Shown: positions 53,747-64,000 of the stretch, piece by piece | How the letters are laid out: each line of letters begins with the position of its first letter | How positions within the stretch are numbered: position 1 is the first letter of the stretch | NCBI RefSeq assembly: GCF_006345805.1 | Contig: NC_043020.1 | Span: forward strand, 25,606,001-25,670,000 | DNA: 64,000 nucleotides | Source: Octopus sinensis | Lineage: Eukaryota | Reading direction: 5' to 3' | Made by a program: the position numbers and the translations under genes | The notes under the pieces: generated by a model | Database searches by the model: none | What the model was told of the DNA's origin: nothing | The model's input: only the letters and a program-made list of their open reading frames with translations

Positions 53747-54794
53747 AGGCGGTCCCCCAGCATGGACACAGTCAAATGACTGAAACAAGTATAAGAGTAA
53801 AAGAGAGTATATATCGTCTATCTATCTATATATCTAACTGTCTGTTTGTCTATCTATCTATCTATTTATCTGTCTATGTATCTATTATCTTCTATCTATT
53901 TATGTATATATGTATGTATTTATCTATCTATCAGTCTATCAATCTGTATGTGTGCGCGTGTGTGTGTACATAAATACATGTATATCGTATGCATACAATA
54001 TATGCACACGTACCTAAACACATTTATGTATGTTCGTATATGCTTGCGTGTGTATATATATATACACACACACGTGTCTGTTGGGTGTGTGCTTGTGTGA
54101 TATGTTCAGTAAATCGAAAACGTTCGCAATTAGGTTGATGACAGCTTACACAAAAATCAGGCTTCGTGAGTCGTGTAGGTTAAGAAAATATTATTTATCA
54201 GAGAAAAATGAAATAAGAAAAATATAAACAAATAACTAAGCTCTCCAGCACCCATAACAACAATAATATAATGTAATAAAACTAAAGCATAGATAATTAT
54301 TAAAAAGTAAAACAAAATAAGACTCGAAGTAAAACATGCTAGCAAAGGCATTCGTCGAAACGGTAAGAATTAGTAAGAAGTATTGTCATGTTGATATTTT
54401 TTTCAGGGATACATTGATGCGAAATGTCGTTTATACTGTACCGTATCACATACAAACGTACATGCATACGGGCATGCATAAATACATATCATCGGTGATA
54501 TGAACATATGTTTGAAAGTCAAAGAGAAAGAGGATAATTCTGGACAAAAACTTCGAAACGTCTATACTAATATTGTGTAACAAAATGTTTCTTACTTTCT
54601 TATTTATTTTCCTGTCTTTTTGGGTAGCAAGTGTTATTTCGTGTTTGCTTCTATCTAAAAGATCAAATGAAATGACTACCGTTTTTTTACATCCTTTTCT
54701 TTCTTTCTGTCTTTCTTTCTTTCTTTAAGAGTCAGGTTTTTGCTGCTATTTTTAGCATGGTGCTATCTCTTAGGTACCCTTAATTATGTATTTT

Positions 54795-55178
54795 TTTTAC
54801 TTGTTTCAGTCATTTGATTGCGGCCATGCTGGAGCACCGCCTTTAGTCGAGCAAATCCACCCCGGGACTTATTCTTTGTATGCCCAGTACTTATTCTATC
54901 GGTGTCTTTTGCCGAACCGCTAAGTAACGGGGACGTGAACACACCAGCATCGGCTGTCAAGCACAGACACACAAACACACACACACACATATATACATAC
55001 ATATATATATACGACAGGCTTCTTTCAGTTTCCGTCTACCAAATCCACTCACAAGGCATTGGTCGGCCCGGGGCTATAGCAGAAGACACTTGCCCAAGAT
55101 GCCAAGCAGTGGGACTGAACCCGGAACCATGTGGTTGGTAAGCTAGCTGCTTACCACACAGCCACTCCTGCGCCTATA
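54795..55178 (-). mobile_element. SINE family B, full length
   Basis: Reverse complement of the 36385 element from tail to head (ccacacagccactcctgcgcct). Confidence 0.93.
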
Positions 55179-55183
55179 CTTAT

Positions 55184-55215
<32 letters not shown>

Positions 55216-55297
55216 AGAAGTATATTACATGATTGTCTATGAATGTATGTATGTATGCATGTATGTATGTATGTATGCATGTATCTACCTATCTATA

Positions 55298-55330
<33 letters not shown>

Positions 55331-55331
55331 G

Positions 55332-55378
<47 letters not shown>

Positions 55379-55686
55379 CTATCTATCTATCTATCTATCT
55401 ACACAGACGCGCGCGCGCACACACTGTCACACACATACATGTAAACACATATACAACGGTGTGGTTCTGCAAGATGTTGTTTACTCTCGGAATGAACGGT
55501 TGTCTTGTAATTCATCACGAAAGGTCATCATTTCTTCATTTCTTTCTCTCTTTCTTTCATTCATTTTTCTTTCTTCTTTTTTTCTTTTTTCTTTCCTCTT
55601 TCAGTTCGATTATTGCAAATTTAAAACCGAAGACTTTGCTGTCTCTTCTCTCATATCCACATCGCCATCTTAAAGCAACAACAACA

Positions 55687-55760
<74 letters not shown>

Positions 55761-55790
55761 AACTACTACTACTACCACTACTACTACCAA

Positions 55791-55877
<87 letters not shown>

Positions 55878-56174
55878 GTTACTGCTGCTTCCTGCCAAAT
55901 TTAAAACGATGTGATATTCCTCACGAAATTCTAAACGTTACTTTAATTCTACCTACGTTTCTGCTTTGGTCTTCTTCTCGCAGACACTTCAAGCATCCAG
56001 ACTTACATATAGGTATGCATACATATGTTCATTCATGCGTATAAACGGATATACGTGCATATATACATACATTCAATCATGCATGCATACGCATATATAT
56101 ATATTCATATGTGCATGTGTCGTACGCACGTAACCCACCGCCCTCTCTCTTTTATAATCGATTTATGCATTTGT

Positions 56175-56218
<44 letters not shown>

Positions 56219-56806
56219 TTTATATATAAATACATATATATATGTATATATGTATATATATATATGCATATATATGTATATATATAGTATATACATATAT
56301 ATATATATATATACACACAAAACACGCATATACATATGTTTGTCTCAAACATCACAATCTCTCTCACATAAATATCACATACAAAAGAGCACACATTCTC
56401 TCATTCGCTCTTCTTCTCTCTGTCTGTCTTTCCATGTCTTTCTTTCTCTCTCTCTCTCTCACTCAATATCTCTACCACTCTCACTGTAACTCTCATCATA
56501 AATTTCCTCTTCCCCCCTCCCTCCCTCTATCATCTATGCCTTTCTAACTACCTACCTACCTACCTACCTATCTACCAGCCTCGAATCAGTTTATGTTGAT
56601 GTTTATGTAGAGGCTGGCGCTGCACCTGCTCATTTTTCAGAACGGCTACAGGAACAATCTTGTGACAGCTTGCGAGCTTTGGTAAATGATTGATCTGTCT
56701 GTGCTTCTATGTTTTTAAAGTCAGAGAAAATCTGCCAAGATTTTAATTGCAAGGAAACTTCGGCTTTTAAGTAGATGTCTATTTGTGTATGTGTATGAGT
56801 ATAGAT

Positions 56807-56843
<37 letters not shown>

Positions 56844-56844
56844 T

Positions 56845-56877
<33 letters not shown>

Positions 56878-56957
56878 GAGATAGATAGATAGAGACAGAC
56901 AGACAGACAGATAGATATATAGATAGATATATATATAGATAGATGATAGATAGATGC

Positions 56958-57022
<65 letters not shown>

Positions 57023-57035
57023 CAGACTGATAGAT

Positions 57036-57066
<31 letters not shown>

Positions 57067-57123
57067 AAGATAGGTAGATAGATAGATAGGTAGATAGTTA
57101 GATAAACAGACAGACAAATAGAT

Positions 57124-57435
57124 AGGAACCCTATGAAGGATACATCTTATTTGTTTAAGTGTACACTGTATTTATATGAATATTGACTAATTTAGTCTAT
57201 TGACTAATTTTTCTACAACGCAAGGCCACCGGTAGTAAAAATTTCTTAAAATCTTTATTACCCTGATATTATTAATTATTGATAATTTTCTCTTGCGCGT
57301 ACTTTGATCTCGGCGTACCTGTTGATGAAGACTTCGCCTAGCAAATGATTTTATTTGCTAAAAATGAGTCAGAAACCATGCGTGAAAGGAATCCTATGAA
57401 GGATACCTGTTATATGTTTAAATGTACATTGCATA
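57124..57435 (+). mobile_element. 263-bp permuted unit with direct terminal repeats and a degenerate HHR (family P4-related)
   Basis: aggaa.cctatgaaggatac...tgtacac/ttg at 57124 and 57387; HHR-like acct-g-ttgatga-a-gact...agtc-a-gaaa-ccatgcg-t at 57317-57389. Confidence 0.5.
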
Positions 57436-57914
57436 TATATATATATATATCTACACCAAGTAAGTTAGGGGTTGTGGATCCAACCCACTAAGGGATAATA
57501 CTTATCCAATATACTGTTGGTATGATACCCAATTATTAATACACAAGTGTTTTTAATTGCAATGCAATTAACTTACCTAAGGATTTTAAAAAAATTGTAC
57601 TCTTATCTTATATGTATTGAATTTTAATGTATATAATATATATATATATATATAATATAATATATATATATATATATATATATTTATTAATCAATATAGG
57701 GTGGTGAAAAAAATTTTGTAGAATTCCTTTTGCCACCAGCGCCTAGTGGGAAAAAATTAAATAGTCATAGACCATTTTTAAGTTCAACATCAACAACAAT
57801 CAAGGAACGGCCATAATAGGCCATTCACCCACTAGAATAACAGCCAAAGCTTCAACCGCAAATAAAGATCAATTCCGTAAACAGGAGAAAATTTAAAAAA
57901 ACATTTACCCTGTA

Positions 57915-58020
57915 ATTTCTTGTACGATGCACCGTTTCGTCTGCTGTTTAATGGTAAACTACCTGATTAAATTAAATCAAGCCAATCTTCCATAGGCCCT
58001 CAGATTCTTCAGCAAGAAAT
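57915..58020 (-). ncRNA. Type I hammerhead motif (mirror of 58423-58529)
   Basis: Reverse complement: atttcttg-ctgaaga-atctg...cagac-gaaa-cggtgcatcg-t-a-caagaaat. Confidence 0.75.
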
Positions 58021-58422
58021 AGCCAAGTCGGAACAGATATTTTCACGAGGCATTTCCGACCCGCCAAGGCAATATCTGACCTAAAATTTTCAAATCGTCG
58101 CACTCGCGCCAAATTTATCGGCAGCAAATAAATATAAGCCGTCGATTCCATTACGGAATTAACCAGAAAATTCATAATTAATCAATATAGGGTGGTGAAA
58201 AAAATTTTGTAGAATTCCTTTTGCCACCAGCGGCCTAGGGGGAAAAAATTAAATAGTCATAGACCATTTTTAGTTCAACCTCAAACAATCAAGGAACGGC
58301 CATAATAGGCCATTCACCCACTAGAAATAACAGCCAAGCTTCAACCGCAAATAAAGATCAATTCCGTAAACAGGAGAAAATTTAAAAAAACATTTACCCT
58401 GTAAAAAACATTTACCCCAGCT

Positions 58423-58529
58423 ATTTCTTGCTGAAGAATCTGAGGGCCTATGGAAGATTGGCTTGATTTAATTTAATCAGGTTAGTTTACCATTAAACAG
58501 CAGACGAAACGGTGCATCGTACAAGAAAT
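58423..58529 (+). ncRNA. Type I hammerhead ribozyme motif
   Basis: 8-bp stem I atttcttg/caagaaat; CUGAAGA 58431-58437; stem II tctg/caga closed by A-C; GAAA 58506-58509; near-palindromic stem III ACGGUGCAUCGU; predicted cleavage 3' of A58521. Confidence 0.75.
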
Positions 58530-58667
58530 TACAGGGTAAATGTTTTTTTAAATTTTCTCCTGTTTACGGAATTGATCTTTATTTGCGGTTGAAGCTTTGG
58601 CTGTTATTTCTAGTGGGTGAATGGCCTATTATGGCCGTTCCTTGATTGTTGATATATATTATATATA

Positions 58668-58699
<32 letters not shown>

Positions 58700-58806
58700 T
58701 TATATGTTATCATGGTTTTCGTTTTGTTAAATATACAAGTCAACATTCTAATATCCAAAAGCTGATAAACCAACTAAATTTGTTCTCCATTTTCTTATTT
58801 GTAATA

Positions 58807-58868
<62 letters not shown>

Positions 58869-59842
58869 AATAGATGCATAAAGAGAAAGAAAGGGACACT
58901 GCGCCAGCATTTAATGGTACATTTTATCTGATTTAATTGGAAGAGTATGAAATGAAACACGAATGGACGCAATGCAGTGTCCAGTCCAGGAATCGAACTT
59001 ATGTTCTGATGCACAAAAGTGGTTTCCGCACGATAACTTTAAAGATGTGTATCACCTTGAAGATACAGAAAACAAATTTTGGCGCGTTATAAAATTTAGG
59101 CTTATCGACTTCAATAAATATTAACAGAGTATCGGTAGTAAACATATCTTCCAACACGTAATCCTTAAAATTAAAACGTTTCCATTTTACATTTAGGGAA
59201 TAATCGTAATCACTACACACACATATATATATATACATACGCACATACACAGACACACACATATGTGTGTGAGCGTGTGAGAGTGTGTGTCGGGGGTATG
59301 AATGTGTGCGTGTGTCTGTGCAGTGGTTTAATAACCTTAGAAATGAACTCTAATATAAATTCACCCAGCTTGACTTTATGGATTATTATCTCTCCATTAT
59401 CAAGACTTTACTTAAAAAAGGGATTAACATTCTCTAGTAATTGCATATCCATTAGTGTACCCATTATTAGAATCCTTATGCAAGCAATAAATCCGTATTA
59501 TCTGTCGATAACAGAATAAACAAAAATGTCCTCCCTTATTTTGGTTTCACTTCGGTTATCTTGGTTTCAAAGAATTCCACGAACATTTACGTATTAACTT
59601 AGTTTTATATGTTACTTCTGCAAGACAATAAATTCTGTGGATTACAAAATGGCAGGCATTGCGATTATGGCATCGTAAATCCATGTTGCATGTATACACA
59701 ATAAGCTGGTAGATAAGGAAACATCTTTCTTAATTTGACTTCATTTTTGTATTACGTTTGCAAGATTCTTGATGTCAGTTCGTCAGGTGAAACAAATCCC
59801 GTTGCGCCTTGGGATAGTCAATATGCCAATAATAATTATAGT

Positions 59843-60490
59843 AACAAGAGCACTGAGCGAGTGCAAGCCTCCGCCAACGCAACACCAATGTCTTCTCAAC
59901 GATAAAACGGGGATGATTTTTTAAATGAGAATATCTGAAATAAACTCGACTGCTTTCACAAACGAGAATATAGATCGGTGTATACAATTATGTATAAAAG
60001 TAAATATACTGAAAAGTGTTAATATGTATGTATAATATATAATATAAGGGAGGTAATCAGAGAAAGACTTGAAAGTCAACGTAAGATCGTAATACTTCAT
60101 GTAAAGTAAAGGAAATATAACAAGAGGACTCAGGGAGCACACAGCTCCGCCAAGGCAACACCAATGTCCTCTCAACGATTAGTCAGAGATGATTTTTAAA
60201 GTTAGAATATTTAAAATAAATTTGGCTGCTCTCACAAAGGAGAATACTGAAAATGTGCCCGACCGCTCTCAAAAATTAAGTGGAATAACAAGAATAATAA
60301 CCCAGAATTCTTGTCCTATATCGGATCGATCCCAAAATTTTATCTTTTCGCGTCAGTTACGAGGTCAAACATCCCTGAAAGTTTCATTCGAATCCATCGA
60401 GCGATTCTTGAGATATTTAGTCCACAAGCACACAAACAAAGGTACACGAGGAAAAGCAATACCCCCGCCGTCTGTAAGGTGGAGATAATA
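59843..60490 (+). mobile_element. Helentron-like non-autonomous element with a duplicated 5' end
   Basis: aacaagag.act.ag.gag..ca..cctccgccaa.gcaacaccaatgtc at 59843 and 60118; 3' part homologous to 15080-15272. Confidence 0.6.
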
Positions 60491-61304
60491 ATAATAGCAA
60501 CAATAAAAACACGCACTGGCGTGATTTTATTGGTATTGGCATAGTGACCCTCCCAAGATACGACAAGATTTCTGCCAGTTCGCGACTTCGAGACATTTTA
60601 TAATATACAGTGATACCTCGCAGTACGGGTTTAATTCGATCCATGATTCAGTTCGCCTTAAGATGTACACGTTTTGCAAATCAATTTTCTCCATCGAAAT
60701 TAACTAAAGTATAATTAATACGTTCCAGCCCCGAAAAAGAAAAATGAAAAATATTTTTTTGTGGGTTTTAAAACAGAAAATGTGTAGTTAGAAGTAAAAT
60801 GACAATTGTAAAAAAGAGAATGCAAAAGAAATATGTAAACTGGATTTATTAACTGAATTACCTGAAAGATGGGACGATTTGTGCGCTCGTACCGAGGATT
60901 TAAGCTCGTACTTCAAGACAAGAATTTGCATGAGTTTCGGCTCGTACAGCAGATTACTCATACGATGGGGCACTCATACTACGAGGTTCTACTTTATTGA
61001 CAAAAATTTCAAAAATTCACAAGAACTTCTATAATTTAATTCTTTTTTTTTTGTCTTAAATGATGAATCTTCGCCTTTAAAACAGCATCTTTTAGAATGA
61101 AGATTAATTGAAAATTTTAATTTATCACAGTGTAGCTTGAAAATAAAATAGTGTGTGTGTGTGACCGTGTGTCCCGGCATGTATATATATATATATATAT
61201 ATAGACAGATAGGCAGATAGACAGATAGATGGATCAATATATAGATAGAGAGCGACAGATAGATAGATAGATAGATAGATATATAGAGAGCGACAGATAG
61301 ATAG

Positions 61305-61335
<31 letters not shown>

Positions 61336-61374
61336 AATAGACAGATAGATAGATAGATAGATAGATAAATAGAC

Positions 61375-61454
<80 letters not shown>

Positions 61455-61455
<1 letters not shown>

Positions 61456-62604
61456 TTAGATAATTTAAACAGGCGGAAAACATAAGATGCAATAAATCAG
61501 TGCATAGTAATCATTACGCGCACGAATTGACAGATATTTATTAAATCTTTTTCATAAACACTTTTCCAAACAACATAAATGTCGCAGAATATTAACTTAA
61601 ATGTCGCTGTGTATGTCCTACCCGCAATACGGAAGTGAGATTTTCTACGATTTCTAACGTCAGAGAATGTTTAGTTTGTTATCAAGCACATTAAAGTCTA
61701 AATTTAACGTGTCCACATTCGCATTCACTCGTGAAATTGTATAAACCATGAAAATTGCGCTTTAAATTATCAATATTTGCCAATATCCAAATGAAACGAT
61801 TGCTGCAGAATAAATTGACCTAACCCTAAATATGTTCAATACACGGTACAGCCAACATATGAAGACCTCCGAAATCGAAATTCCTGCCAGTCAAAATATT
61901 TAACGGCTTAAAAGATAATCTCATATTTTTCGACTGCCATAGTAGATAAGAAACCTACACCATCCACAAACAAGGTATTGAAAATTGTAATTAATGTATC
62001 GCTGAAAAATAAGCTTGTTTTCGTGAAAATTAAAATATAGTGCTTTTGTAGACAGAAACCATCAGTTTTATTAATGACCTACCGGGAACCGTTCCAGTTA
62101 ATTATACATTATTAATTATATGTTTAATCTTAATGGGTTTACTTCTTTGTTCTATCCATCGAACATAGGCTTATCAATGTACACTCGCTAATATCTACTT
62201 AGAATGATTTGTGTATATGTTATATCGCTGCCGCCACGTCTTTACATTATCGACATGGTGCCAATTCCAGCTGAAGATTTATCTGATCCAATTTTTATTT
62301 GTTGTTTTCGTTTCAGTAACATTTTTCTTATTCTTCGACCAATTTTGAATAAACCGTTGAATAAATATTCTGTAAAATGTCATATCATTATTGAATGCAT
62401 TCATTTCTATCTGTGGCCGCTCATTACTTATTAACATTCTTTCCTTTTCCTTCATCTTCCAAATTCATACGTTAATATATTATTCATACGTACATCTACA
62501 CCGACCTTCACACACACACACACACACACATGTGTATATATATATGCGAATGTGTGGTAATATATATGCGGGTGCGTGTATGTATATGTATATATATATG
62601 CCTA

Positions 62605-62643
<39 letters not shown>

Positions 62644-62817
62644 ATATATATATATATATATGTCTCTGCGTGTATATATATTTATATATATGTATGTATA
62701 TATATATGTATATATATACATATATATATATATATACTTACGTATATATATATATATATATATAAAAGTAAACAAATGGTACAACAAGGCACCGATATAT
62801 ACAAAGGGAGAGGGACG

Positions 62818-62885
<68 letters not shown>

Positions 62886-63948
62886 TTAGATAATTTAAAC
62901 AGGCGGAAAACATAAGATGCAATAAATCAGTGCATAGTAATCATTACGCGCACGAATTGACAGATATTTATTAAATCTTTTTCATAAACACTTTTCCAAA
63001 CAACATAAATGTCGCAGAATATTAACTTAAATGTCGCTGTGTATGTCCTACCCGCAATACGGAAGTGAGATTTTCTACGATTTCTAACGTCAGAGAATGT
63101 TTAGTTGTTATCAAGCACATTAAAGTCTAATTTAAAACGTGTCCACATTCGCATTCACTCGTGAAATTGTATAAACCATGAAAATTGCGCTTTAAATTAT
63201 CAATATTTGCCAATATCCAAATGAAACGATTGCTGCAGAATAAATTGACCTAACCCTAAATATGTTCAATACACGGTACAGCCAACATATGAAGACCTCC
63301 GAAATCGAAATTCCTGCCAGTCAAAATATTTAACGGCTTAAAAGATAATCTCATATTTTTCGACTGCCATAGTAGATAAGAAACCTACACCATCCACAAA
63401 CAAGGTATTGAAAATTGTAATTAATGTATCGCTGAAAAATAAGCTTGTTTTCGTGAAAATTAAAATATAGTGCTTTTGTAGACAGAAACCATCAGTTTTA
63501 TTAATGACCTACCGGGAACCGTTCCAGTTAATTATACATTATTAATTATATGTTTAATCTTAATGGGTTTACTTCTTTGTTCTATCCATCGAACATATGC
63601 TTATCAATGTACACTCGCTAATATCTACTTAGAATGATTTGTGTATATGTTATATCGCTGCCGCCACGTCTTTACATTTATCGACATGGTGCCAATTCCA
63701 GCTGAAGATTTATCTGATCCAATTTTTATTTGCTGTTTTCGTTTCAGTAACATTTTTCTTTATTCTTCGACCAATTTTGAATAAACCGTTGAATAAATAT
63801 TCTGTAAAATGTCATATCATTATTGAATGCATTCATTTCTATCTGTGGCCGCTCATTACTTATTAACATTCTTTCCTTTTCCTTCATCTTCCAAATTCAT
63901 ACGTTAATATATTATTCATACGTACATCTACACCGACCTTCACACACA

Positions 63949-63979
<31 letters not shown>

Positions 63980-64000
63980 CATGTGTATATATATATGCGA
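61455..64000. repeat. Tandem duplication, 1430-bp period, second copy runs off the window
   Basis: attagataatttaaacaggcggaaaac at 61455 and 62885; copies differ mainly by 1-bp indels. Confidence 0.92.

Larger units (their letters stand above)
57686..58651. mobile_element. Hammerhead-bearing retrozyme/Penelope-like element (family P4): 491-bp unit, partial direct repeat, inverted arm
   Basis: attaatcaatatagggtggtg at 57686 and 58177; 58420-58651 is the reverse complement of about 57794-58023; (TA)n on both sides. Confidence 0.8.

Noticed and set aside
59750-59792. ctgacga...caaacgta on the minus strand; also gaaacgtc at about 54555 and gacgaaacagcta at about 5530
   Set aside because: GAAA or the CUGANGA core is broken and stems do not pair.

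Overview
This is AT-rich, repeat-dominated non-coding metazoan DNA. The SINE families and microsatellite make-up fit an octopus (coleoid cephalopod) best; that assignment rests on recognition, not a database search. I found no intact host gene: almost every ORF in the supplied track is a translated microsatellite. The identifiable content is (1) dozens of tRNA-derived SINEs from at least three families; (2) decayed transposon coding fragments (R4/Dong-like, HERO-like, RTE, Chapaev3-like, mariner); (3) MITEs (Merlin-like with an 8-bp TSD, mariner-like, hAT-like) and Helitron/Helentron-like elements; (4) a degenerate ~72-bp satellite, a 100-N gap and a 1.43-kb tandem duplication. The main finding is a set of short, protein-free, (TA)n-flanked elements carrying type I hammerhead ribozyme (HHR) motifs with palindromic stem III. 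About ten motifs from several unrelated families cluster at 16.4-22.1 kb and 57.1-58.7 kb. They sit in permuted tandem units (about 263, 491 and 580 nt) and in asymmetric fold-backs, as expected of non-autonomous Penelope-like or retrozyme elements that could yield self-cleaved or circular RNAs. HHRs in Penelope-like elements and retrozymes are an established class; I cannot tell whether these particular families have been described. All alignments and folds were done by eye.
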